64,000 nt of DNA from a virus. The stretch spans positions 19,367 through 83,366 of the IMG/VR virus record IMGVR_UViG_3300042445_001604; one strand, given 5' to 3'. The notes under the pieces are model-generated. The model was not told the DNA's origin, did not search any database, and saw only the letters and a program-made list of their open reading frames with translations. A program made the translations under genes and the position numbers. Shown here piece by piece: positions 47,638 to 55,469 of the stretch (positions are counted from its first letter, which is position 1; each line of letters starts with the position of its first letter).

Positions 47638-48123
47638 TTACCAACTTGCTTGATACTCGAAGTCCCAGCCCTCTAACTTGGGGTTGGAGAGGATTTTTCC
47701 GAGAGCCTCGCGGGTCTGCTCCAAGTCCTTCCAGTACCACTCGTCAATCTCTGTCGAGCCGAAGAAGAACCCACCCTGCGGAGGCAGGAGGTCGGGGTCG
47801 CGCTCTGTGAGAGTTTCGTGAACCAAGTCGCGCAGTTCCACCAACTTCTCGCGGGACACCCACATTGGTCGGCAGTCGTCCTCGCCGTCCGCGCAGTTGT
47901 CCACGAACCACTGGTGAACCGAGTTCACCTTGCGCCAGTAGGCAATCGTAACTTCGACACTCCCAAACGGAACTTCGTCCCGAATGTCAGAGAGTTCCAG
48001 TCCAGCGAACTCCAACAGTTTGGCGAACTCTGGGTTCTCCTCCTGATAGAACTCGCCATTGCGTTGTCCATAGTTTTTCCCCGAAACGCCTTTGGAGGCT
48101 CGGAGGTATTGGTCTAGTCCCAC
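47638..48123 (-). CDS. conserved phage hypothetical protein (MGLDQYL...YWRK.N..H.WF...YQASW family)
   Basis: Characteristic motifs; conserved RBS. Confidence 0.85.
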   Translation of the reverse strand: MGLDQYLRASKGVSGKNYGQRNGEFYQEENPEFAKLLEFAGLELSDIRDEVPFGSVEVTIAYWRKVNSVHQWFVDNCADGEDDCRPMWVSREKLVELRDLVHETLTERDPDLLPPQGGFFFGSTEIDEWYWKDLEQTREALGKILSNPKLEGWDFEYQASW

Positions 48124-48211
48124 TTCATTTCCTTTCGTCGTTTGTTGTTGGTGCGGAGTGCTACCGCATTAGTTTTACAATAGCACCCCGCGTTGGGAAT
48201 GTCAAGTCCGA

Positions 48212-48487
48212 TTACTCGAACTTGTCACCCTCGATTTCCGTGTGTTCCCGAACAAGGTAAAAATCGTGTTCCTCGTTCTTGGGGTCGAACGCGCGTTGGA
48301 ACTCTGCTTCATCTTGGAAGTAGAACCAAATGCGCTGGTCGAAGTCCTCGTCCTCTACCATTTTCTCGTAGAGGTCGGGGTCGTTGAGAATGACAACTTG
48401 TGCCATTGTGTCACCGGGAATGTAGCCCGAAGCGGGATTGACTTCATCTCGCCATTCGTAGTCCACCCAAGTTACTCGTTCAGACAT
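48212..48487 (-). CDS. hypothetical acidic protein (91 aa)
   Basis: Promoter and conserved RBS. Confidence 0.8.
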   Translation of the reverse strand: MSERVTWVDYEWRDEVNPASGYIPGDTMAQVVILNDPDLYEKMVEDEDFDQRIWFYFQDEAEFQRAFDPKNEEHDFYLVREHTEIEGDKFE

Positions 48488-48573
48488 TGTGTTTCCTTTC
48501 GTCGTGTTTGTCATAGTGCCATTGTAGCAACAATGCGGGGAGAAGTCAAATCCAACTTCTCCCCGCGTGTCGC

Positions 48574-48987
48574 CTAGTAGGTTGCGGGCGTGATGTTGTC
48601 GCCCAAGAACGAGAAGTGCTCAACGAAATCGTTGATACTGATGAACCTGCCCTCGCCCTTGTTGTTGTAGGCAGTTGCCTCACCATTCAGGTAGCGATAC
48701 TTCTCCGAACCAATGTTGAGAATGACAGCCACCCAGCCATCTGCGAGGTGCTTCTGAAAGAACTCCCCCCACTCGACTTCGGGTTCGTCTGTATCGTCGT
48801 CCGCGCTCCACGCGAACCAGTCAATTCCGTCGCCGTCCTCGTTGTCCATAAATCCGAACAGCGTCTGTCCGTCGTCAGTCTTGCTTCGGAGGAGTTCGAC
48901 ATTGCACTTCGCAATGTCCGCGAGGAATGCTTCCTCGTCCTTGACGGCGAAGTAGTTAGTTCGCCCCTGTGCAATGTAATTTGCCAT
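48574..48987 (-). CDS. hypothetical protein (137 aa; RTNYF.VKD...GSEKYRYL family)
   Basis: TTGACA..TATATT promoter, conserved RBS. Confidence 0.85.
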   Translation of the reverse strand: MANYIAQGRTNYFAVKDEEAFLADIAKCNVELLRSKTDDGQTLFGFMDNEDGDGIDWFAWSADDDTDEPEVEWGEFFQKHLADGWVAVILNIGSEKYRYLNGEATAYNNKGEGRFISINDFVEHFSFLGDNITPATY

Positions 48988-49162
48988 TGCGTTTCCTTTC
49001 GTCGTTTGTCAGTGGTATTCAGTTGTAGAACCAATATAGCAAATATATCTCTGCTTGTCAACTTGTGTCCGCGAGCGCCGTACTCAAAAAACATACACTT
49101 TTGCAAAAAAGTGGCGGGACTCCCGCAATGGGAATCCCGCCGAGCCACGACGAAATGGCAAG

Positions 49163-49204
49163 TGGTGCTGAGGGAATCGAACCCTCCTACGCTCCAAGAG
49201 CACC
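49163..49204 (-). other. tRNA-like minihelix (acceptor stem + T-arm only)
   Basis: GGTGCT-N12-GAGGG-TTCGATT-CCCTC-AGCACC-A; no room for D and anticodon arms. Confidence 0.5.
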
Positions 49205-49212
49205 TGTGTCCG

Positions 49213-49470
49213 TTAGGCGAACAATTCCTGTCGAGCGGTTGGGTCTACGGGCTTTCCGTAGTTTCCGAGGAATCCGAATCCTGCTCCGTTTCCCTCCTCG
49301 TCTTTCGAGAGAATGAGGTAGGTACCGTCGGTGAACTCGACAACCACGCCGATTTCTCCTGCGTACCACATCATCTCGTCGAGTTCTCGGTTGCTCATTG
49401 AGCGAATCGAGGCGACGGTCTTTCCAACCAGTGAACCGAACTCGCGGTCCACGTATCCTTGCTTGTCCAT
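49213..49470 (-). CDS. hypothetical protein (85 aa; SKDEEGNGAG motif)
   Basis: TTGACA..TATGCT promoter, conserved RBS. Confidence 0.8.
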   Translation of the reverse strand: MDKQGYVDREFGSLVGKTVASIRSMSNRELDEMMWYAGEIGVVVEFTDGTYLILSKDEEGNGAGFGFLGNYGKPVDPTARQELFA

Positions 49471-49555
49471 CTTTTTCCTTTCGTCGTGCGTCGTTGTTGA
49501 TAGCATAGGGGCTGGCCCTCCGTTTGTCAAATCGACTCGCGGAGGGCGCTCGCCG

Positions 49556-49753
49556 TTACGCTACGGTGACCCAATCCATCGTGACGGAGAGGAGGTTGTC
49601 GTAGTCCGCCGACATTGCTTCGGTGCGGTACTTCGAGATTTCCTCTGCGGGCACGCCGTTGTTCTTGAGTGCTTTCTGGACGGACGCGATGATACCGAAT
49701 GCGTTCCCATCCTTGCCCGTCAACTGGACGGTGATGTTGTCGTACTTTGCCAT
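49556..49753 (-). CDS. conserved phage small protein (LTG.DGNAF.I family)
   Basis: VQLTGKDGNAFGII...AMSADYDNLL. Confidence 0.8.
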   Translation of the reverse strand: MAKYDNITVQLTGKDGNAFGIIASVQKALKNNGVPAEEISKYRTEAMSADYDNLLSVTMDWVTVA

Positions 49754-49754
49754 G

Positions 49755-49859
49755 CTATTTCCTTTCGTCCTCGGGTTCCCGTACAGTCACGGTTCCCGTT
49801 TCGATATCGATGTGGGTCACGGTGATACCCATGCTCAGTGCGAAGTCGGTCATGTTCAT
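49755..49859 (-). CDS. hypothetical peptide (34 aa)
   Basis: Same GACGAAAGGAAATAGCATG start context as the downstream gene. Confidence 0.55.
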   Translation of the reverse strand: MNMTDFALSMGITVTHIDIETGTVTVREPEDERK

Positions 49860-49918
49860 GCTATTTCCTTTCGTCGATTTGTCTTGCTCTGCCAGTATAG
49901 CGGTTTACCCTACCGTTG

Positions 49919-50215
49919 TCAAATCGAACTTCTCGGCTTCTTGAGGAGTCCCGATGCGCGTGCGGAATCAACCCTCTTTTTGATTGTGGTTCGCGGAACA
50001 TTGAAGTGCTCGGCGAGGACTTTGTCGGTGTGGTAAACCCCGAACCTATGAGCCATCAAGTACAGGTCGGTCACTTCCTCTTTCTTGGTTCTGTATGTCT
50101 GGGCTGGTCGGTTGTTGAGGTAGTGAATGAACAAGTCCTTTCGGGCTTGCGCCGTCAACATCTCGCGTGTGGAGGAGTCCTCGAGAATGAGTTCTACGAG
50201 TTTCGCTTTGTTCAT
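49919..50215 (-). CDS. HTH-like protein (98 aa)
   Basis: LAEHFNVPRTTIKKRVDSARASGLL. Confidence 0.7.
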   Translation of the reverse strand: MNKAKLVELILEDSSTREMLTAQARKDLFIHYLNNRPAQTYRTKKEEVTDLYLMAHRFGVYHTDKVLAEHFNVPRTTIKKRVDSARASGLLKKPRSSI

Positions 50216-50221
50216 CGTCGG

Positions 50222-50380
50222 TCACCCCACCTGCATCAGTGCGTCGCAGAGTCCACAGTCGTAGGAGTCACCCACGCCACCGTTGTCCTTCTCGAACGTG
50301 ACGTGCACCCACCGTTCAATCGGGTGGGCACAGTCAACGTCGTCGGGGAGGAGGAGCGTACGGCGCTCGCCGTTACTCAT
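50222..50380 (-). CDS. small Cys/His protein (52 aa)
   Basis: CAHP...CGLC; overlaps the upstream stop. Confidence 0.6.
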   Translation of the reverse strand: MSNGERRTLLLPDDVDCAHPIERWVHVTFEKDNGGVGDSYDCGLCDALMQVG

Positions 50381-50690
50381 CGTCGAACCCCTGAGGAATC
50401 AGGTTGAGGAATCCCTCGTTTGGGTCGCCGTCTACGGTGTGAACCGCGTGGACGAATCGGAGTCCGCACGATTCCTCGTACCACTCCTGCACCTGCTCGA
50501 GCATGGCGTATGCATCCATATCGCTCGCCGAGATGAGGGGGTCGTAACCGTACTCCGCCATCTGCGCCATCTGAGCGTCGTCCATCAGGATGTAGATTTT
50601 GTGGCATCCGTCGAACGCGATACCGCGTGCGTCGCAGAGTGCTGACTCTACTGCACCCCAGCCAGTCTGGCCCTTGAGTTTCAGTTCCAT
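50373..50690 (-). CDS. hypothetical protein (105 aa; IAFDGCHKIY...SCGLRF family)
   Basis: TTGACA..TATACT promoter, conserved RBS. Confidence 0.85.
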   Translation of the reverse strand: MELKLKGQTGWGAVESALCDARGIAFDGCHKIYILMDDAQMAQMAEYGYDPLISASDMDAYAMLEQVQEWYEESCGLRFVHAVHTVDGDPNEGFLNLIPQGFDDE

Positions 50691-50834
50691 TTTGTTTCCT
50701 TTCGTCGGTTTGTCATTTGGTCTTGCTCCATCAGTATAGCGACTATGTCATACCGTGTCAAGTCCATTCGGAAAAAAGAATCCGACCCACTGGCGACAAG
50801 AGTTTAGGACGACAAGACCAGTGGGTCGGAAGTG

Positions 50835-52637
50835 TTACTGGGCGTTCACCCTCGAGAGTGCTCGGATGGCTGCTTGCCCAATCAGGTCGGTTGCCTTGGT
50901 CACGTCCATCTCCTCGACCACGACGAGTTCGGCGGAGGTTCCAGCGCAGATATGCTTGGCTCCAGTTCCGTAGTATCCGTAGTTCGCGCTCTCGGTCAGC
51001 CACACAACACCCACGCCGTTGTCGGTCATACGCTTGACCCACTCCTTGGCTTTCGGGGTTTCGTTGTCGGTGTAGATACCGTCAGACACGACGACCATAA
51101 GCCTCGCCCCTGAACCGCCAGTGAGGTTCATCGCTCCGTTCAGAGCGCTCGCCGCCTCGTTGAACTTCTCGGTTCCATCGGGTGCGGTGTAGACGGCTAC
51201 CTCGGAGAGGTGCTGGCCGGGCTTGAGCGTAGCGAACACACTCTCGCCGTAGTAGACCATCGCTGCTCGCCCTTGAATCCGTCGGACTGCCTCGGAGAGT
51301 ACCCACGCCGTGGAGGCCATCGGTTCCATCGCTCCGCTCATTGAGCCAGAGATATCCACCATGACACCGACCTTGAGTGTCGGGTCGTCCGTGTGCTTGC
51401 GGATGGTGCGACGCCACGGCTCAACGGTAGCGTGCACGCCATTCTCTTTCATGGCTCGGTTCTGAATCAGCGCTCGAGTGCGGAGGCGACCGGGAGGCGT
51501 GACTGCCGTACCGCGAATCTCAACGCGGTCACGGTACTTCGCTTTGTCGAGGAGGCCACCCAACTTCACAGCGGCGGTGCGCTCAGCGGAGTTCGGCGCT
51601 CGCCGTTCGCGGAGTTTCGAGGAGGTCTTGCCACCGACACCGGGTCCAGTCGTGGAGAACGTCTTGTCCGCGCTCGTCTTGTCGCGTGCCTCGGACTTGG
51701 CGCTCGCCGAACGTGCCTCGACCTGCTCCTTGTATTCCTCGGTGGTCTGCTGGTCGTCGAGTTCGTCTGACACCGCGATGGCAGTGTTGCCCTCGTCCTC
51801 TTTCATGGCGTCAATAATGCCCTGAACGATTTCGTCATAGCGTGAGCCTTTACCGCCCTCGCCCTCGCCCGAACCATCCTCGTCCTCGTCACCCTCTTGC
51901 TTGTGCTTGAGAATGAGAGCCTCCCACTGGCGAGCCAGTTCGTAGGCCTGCTCAGTTTCGTGTGAGGCGAGCAACTGGAACTGGAGCCAGACCTCGCGGA
52001 ACTCCTGAATGACGTCCTCGGAGAGAGCCTCAATGAGTGCCTCGCGATAGGTGCTCGCGTCTGCCTCGTCGAGTACGCCAGCGTCAACGCGAGCGAGAAT
52101 CAGACCCATCGACTGAGCGAGGAATCGAATCGTGGAGCCCTCGAAGTTCTCAGCCTGCACGTCACCAATCGCAATCCCGATGGCGGAGGCGCGGAGGAAG
52201 TTCTTGAAGTGTGGGAACGTGTCGACACCGAGGCGTTCGATACGACCCTCCTCGAGGAGGTGAAGTGCCTTGTACTCGTTCAGGGTCAGAGTGTCGAGTG
52301 CCTTTTGCAAATCCCACTTCGTGAACCGCGCGTGCATGGCCTCGTGGAAAATCGCGCCAGTGGCAATCGGGTATGAGAACTGGGTTCGGCGCTTGCGGAT
52401 ATCGCCGACCATCTCGGGCGTAGCCAGAGGGCCGAACGCAATCTTGGTATTGACTTCAACCTCGGCGCGGATGGGGTCGAACAGCGCTGCTACGCCTTGG
52501 TCCATCGAGGCACTGCTGTCCACGTAGGCAACAATGTCTGAGCGCCCTGCCCACTCGTTGGCGAGTTGTCCAGTCCATGCGCTCATGGGGAGCCACTCGG
52601 GCTCGTTGTTCCTTGAGAGTTCTGATGTTAAGTGCAT
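50835..52637 (-). CDS. vWA-domain protein with N-terminal HExxH domain (MoxR partner)
   Basis: FHEAMH; MIDAS DISGS; VVVSDG. Confidence 0.9.
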   Translation of the reverse strand: MHLTSELSRNNEPEWLPMSAWTGQLANEWAGRSDIVAYVDSSASMDQGVAALFDPIRAEVEVNTKIAFGPLATPEMVGDIRKRRTQFSYPIATGAIFHEAMHARFTKWDLQKALDTLTLNEYKALHLLEEGRIERLGVDTFPHFKNFLRASAIGIAIGDVQAENFEGSTIRFLAQSMGLILARVDAGVLDEADASTYREALIEALSEDVIQEFREVWLQFQLLASHETEQAYELARQWEALILKHKQEGDEDEDGSGEGEGGKGSRYDEIVQGIIDAMKEDEGNTAIAVSDELDDQQTTEEYKEQVEARSASAKSEARDKTSADKTFSTTGPGVGGKTSSKLRERRAPNSAERTAAVKLGGLLDKAKYRDRVEIRGTAVTPPGRLRTRALIQNRAMKENGVHATVEPWRRTIRKHTDDPTLKVGVMVDISGSMSGAMEPMASTAWVLSEAVRRIQGRAAMVYYGESVFATLKPGQHLSEVAVYTAPDGTEKFNEAASALNGAMNLTGGSGARLMVVVSDGIYTDNETPKAKEWVKRMTDNGVGVVWLTESANYGYYGTGAKHICAGTSAELVVVEEMDVTKATDLIGQAAIRALSRVNAQ

Positions 52638-52726
52638 TGTGTTACTCCTGTCGTTTGTCGTTTGTTGTCCTAATACAGAGTGTAGCACCCCTGCCAACCT
52701 GTGTCAAGTCAGCAGGGGTGCGTGTC

Positions 52727-53791
52727 TCAAATCTTGGCTGGGAGCACTGCCTCACCAAGAACGCGCTGGAGCACCTCGGCGACCAGCGGACGGTCCATCT
52801 CGGGAGCGGACGCCATCAGGTTCGCTACTGCGAAACTCGTGCCGAACGACTTCTCGAGGTCACGGAACGCGAGGAGTTCGCGGAACTGAGGAGCCCACAT
52901 GGCCTCACCAGTCACGACCTTTTTCGCGAGGTTCTGCGCTGCGGTGACAATCATCGCAGGCACACCCAACTTCTTGGCGAGCGCCCAGTCAGTTGTCATC
53001 TCGACCTGAATCCCGAAACGCGAGAGGAGTGCCTCGGAGAGGCGAACACCAGGTGCGTTGGGGTTGGTCGCGCCGACAACGTAGAATCCATCGACTGCCT
53101 TGACAACTCCGCGCTCGGGGTTCGCAGTGACTGCGTACTCCTTGCGACCATCCATCAGACCATAGACGATGGACATGACCTTGGGGTCAATCAGACCGAC
53201 CTCGTCAATGAGGAGAGGCTTACCCTCCATCGCTGCTTTGAGGAGAGGTCCATCCTCCCAACGGAATCCCGAGCCAGTGTCGACATAGGAGCCAACGAGG
53301 TCAGCGACCTCAGTGTCACCCGAACCGAGAATGGTGTAGAGGTCGTCACCGAACGCAGCCTCGACGAGTGCAGTCTTGCCACAGCCGGGTGCGCCATAGA
53401 ACAGTGAGTACTGTCCGAGGTCACGAGCCTTGCGGAGAACTGCAACGTCAGTGTGCTCACCCCAAGGGCGTGAGTAGTAAAGGTCGCCATTCGGGCGAGC
53501 GTACGAAGTTTCGCTCTCGCCGATAGTGACGGAAGTTGCAGTCATGGGCTTGCGCTCTTTCGTAGTTCCAGTCGAGCGACCACGAGCAGTGGTAGCCGAA
53601 GTGCGGAATGGGGCAAGGAACTCGCGAGCCTCCGAGGAGTACCCAGTTGCGAGAGCAGTGGTGAGAATGAGAGCAGTGTTGCGCTGACTTCCCTCCATAC
53701 CTATTGTAGCGTCAATCGAACTGTCCGAGAGGAGATTGAGGCCCTTTTCAGATATCGACATTGCCAGTTTGATGTTGTCGTAGTTTGTCAT
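52727..53791 (-). CDS. MoxR-family (CbbQ/NirQ/NorQ-like) AAA+ ATPase
   Basis: GAPGCGKT, WEDGPL, LLIDE, ATNP, ALLSRF. Confidence 0.9.
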   Translation of the reverse strand: MTNYDNIKLAMSISEKGLNLLSDSSIDATIGMEGSQRNTALILTTALATGYSSEAREFLAPFRTSATTARGRSTGTTKERKPMTATSVTIGESETSYARPNGDLYYSRPWGEHTDVAVLRKARDLGQYSLFYGAPGCGKTALVEAAFGDDLYTILGSGDTEVADLVGSYVDTGSGFRWEDGPLLKAAMEGKPLLIDEVGLIDPKVMSIVYGLMDGRKEYAVTANPERGVVKAVDGFYVVGATNPNAPGVRLSEALLSRFGIQVEMTTDWALAKKLGVPAMIVTAAQNLAKKVVTGEAMWAPQFRELLAFRDLEKSFGTSFAVANLMASAPEMDRPLVAEVLQRVLGEAVLPAKI

Positions 53792-53805
53792 TGTGGTGTC
53801 CTTTC

Positions 53806-54333
53806 TCAGATACCGATTGATTTGTAAGTTCCAGCGGAGGCAGGAACAGTGGTGACTGCAGGTGCAGGCCATTCGTATGCGTGCTCAGGGTAGCCAGCCT
53901 CAAGGCGTGCTCGCTGAATTCGGCGGAGGAGTGCTTGAGGTGCCTTGCCAGCGAATGCCTCGATGGCGTCTGCCTCAGTGAGGTCCGCGAGGACCAGAGG
54001 AACTGCTCGGACGTTATTGCTTGCAACCGCGTCCTCGAAGTGCTTGAGGAGCGCGAAGTAGCCCATTGCCTTGGAGGCCATGTCCATCACACCATTGATG
54101 GTGGTGACGTCCACGTCCGCAGGGGTGTGAGGTCCGCGATAGATACGCCACTGCTTACGAGGCGAGTGGTTTGCAATCCATCGCTGAACGAGAAGTGGTC
54201 GTGACCACTCGTCGGCGACCTTGATAGCAGGAATGAGAATCTGCTGTTTGGTCCACGCGTTGTCCTTGTACTCGAGGAGCACTGCAGTTGCGAGCGCCTC
54301 CCGAGCCTTGGCGATTTCGGATGGGTGTGTCAT
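53806..54333 (-). CDS. hypothetical protein (175 aa)
   Basis: Conserved RBS; co-transcribed with the AAA+ gene. Confidence 0.8.
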   Translation of the reverse strand: MTHPSEIAKAREALATAVLLEYKDNAWTKQQILIPAIKVADEWSRPLLVQRWIANHSPRKQWRIYRGPHTPADVDVTTINGVMDMASKAMGYFALLKHFEDAVASNNVRAVPLVLADLTEADAIEAFAGKAPQALLRRIQRARLEAGYPEHAYEWPAPAVTTVPASAGTYKSIGI

Positions 54334-54429
54334 GTTGTTTCCTTTCGTTGTTTGTCGTTGGTGTTGCTTGTAAATAAAAGGTAGCACAGAACTTTCGATA
54401 ATGCAAATCCATATGGGAAGTCGGCGTGT

Positions 54430-54648
54430 CTATCTTTCCTTGAAGTTCAAGAGCGGTGTGATGCAGAGTCCACATACATGCTGAAGTTCATCTGCCTCAT
54501 TCAGGATAGTAGCGTACGGATAATATAATGTCAAGTTGCATGTGGCGCATCGGTCTTCAAGGACATCGGGCTGTTCGAGTCCACCGTTCATATACATCTG
54601 ACGCTCGTGAGGTTCACGAACGTAGAAGAGTTCAAAAGTTTCTATCAT
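54430..54648 (-). CDS. small Zn-binding protein (72 aa)
   Basis: CxxC...CxxC. Confidence 0.6.
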   Translation of the reverse strand: MIETFELFYVREPHERQMYMNGGLEQPDVLEDRCATCNLTLYYPYATILNEADELQHVCGLCITPLLNFKER

Positions 54649-54712
54649 ACGTAGAACTTACCATATAAAAAGAAAGGGACCCCCGTTGAGAGGGTCCCGT
54701 TCTTGTGCTCGG

Positions 54713-54964
54713 TTAGATGAGGTCGTTGTACGTCTTCGTCAAGTGGAAGTGCGAGGGGTCGACATCGCATCGGTAGATGCGGATGTACTTCGTACTCAGT
54801 TGTCCCACCAGACTCTTCCGTGCTGCGGACTCGGAAAGGAACAGGGCTTTACCCGTTCCCTCGCATCTCGGGTTTGCACCCGGTGATGACTTCTCCAACC
54901 ACGCACCAGCAGGAAGGGCAGGCCCGCGCTTACGACCGTGACGACGTTTCTTATTACTTGGCAT
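54713..54964 (-). CDS. small basic protein (83 aa)
   Basis: CEGTGK...IYRCD....HFHLT motif. Confidence 0.7.
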   Translation of the reverse strand: MPSNKKRRHGRKRGPALPAGAWLEKSSPGANPRCEGTGKALFLSESAARKSLVGQLSTKYIRIYRCDVDPSHFHLTKTYNDLI

Positions 54965-55421
54965 CGCTCGCCGTTGCCCTTCGTCGAGCGTAACGCTTCA
55001 CGTTATCAACCAACTCGTCTTGTGACTTCAGAGCCTTGCCCTCTTCGTACTTTGTTACGTAGTCTTCAGGTGTTGATGCGGTGTAGAGCCCAAGAAGGGT
55101 TTCGTCCCTCTTTGCTCGCCGTCGGTCTGCCATGCGAATCTTTCCCTCAAGAGTTTTGATTTCCTTCTCAAGGTCGCGAGTCCCCATCGTAAGTCTAAGA
55201 ATCTCGCGGTTCAGATTGCTGTTGGCACCCTTCATCATTTCGTAATCGATGAGGTACTGCTCGTCGACCCTCGGTTTGAGCGGGGGTTGTCCAAAGGGGT
55301 TGGCAAGTGCCCACTGTCCCCCGCCTCGTTTGTGTCCGAGGTAGTAGGCCAGCGTGTGCGATGAGACAAAGAGTCCCACCACGGTGAAGATGATTCCAGT
55401 CCATCCAACTATTTCTACCAT
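54954..55421 (-). CDS. membrane-anchored coiled-coil protein
   Basis: N-terminal TM segment; ACGAAAGGA RBS. Confidence 0.75.
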   Translation of the reverse strand: MVEIVGWTGIIFTVVGLFVSSHTLAYYLGHKRGGGQWALANPFGQPPLKPRVDEQYLIDYEMMKGANSNLNREILRLTMGTRDLEKEIKTLEGKIRMADRRRAKRDETLLGLYTASTPEDYVTKYEEGKALKSQDELVDNVKRYARRRATASDAK

Positions 55422-55469
55422 GTCAGCGTCCTTTCGTTTTGTGTTGACGGGGACACGATAGCACGCCGT

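Larger units (their letters stand above)
28936..49101. repeat. 22 dispersed copies of 19-bp motif CTCAAAAAANNTRTACTTT
   Basis: Starts (F = as written, R = reverse complement): 28936R 29591F 30272F 30753F 31239R 32686F 33025R 33630F 33914R 34574R 36700R 37264F 37664R 38544R 39467F 40208R 40874R 41743F 42561R 43096F 45321R 49083F; all intergenic. Confidence 0.95.

Noticed and set aside
28936-49101. 19-bp repeats as a CRISPR array
   Set aside because: Spacing is 280 to >3000 bp and contains genes, orientation is mixed, and there are no cas genes.
28936-49101. 19-bp motif as the promoter (it contains TATACT)
   Set aside because: Orientation is independent of the genes, and each cassette already has a separate TTGACA-type promoter.
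49163-49204. Functional tRNA gene
   Set aside because: No D or anticodon arm; only 42 nt.
28290-50800. Classical integron (attC/IntI) or IS elements
   Set aside because: No GTTRRRY/RYYYAAC attC structure was recognised, and there is no integrase or transposase ORF in the window.
32264-53407. Long alternative ORFs in the array (33249..34034, 33706..34794, 39341..40330, 48616..49401, 52577..53407)
   Set aside because: They cross promoters, terminators and spacers, are Arg/Ala/Pro-rich and lack an RBS; shorter RBS-supported genes explain the region.
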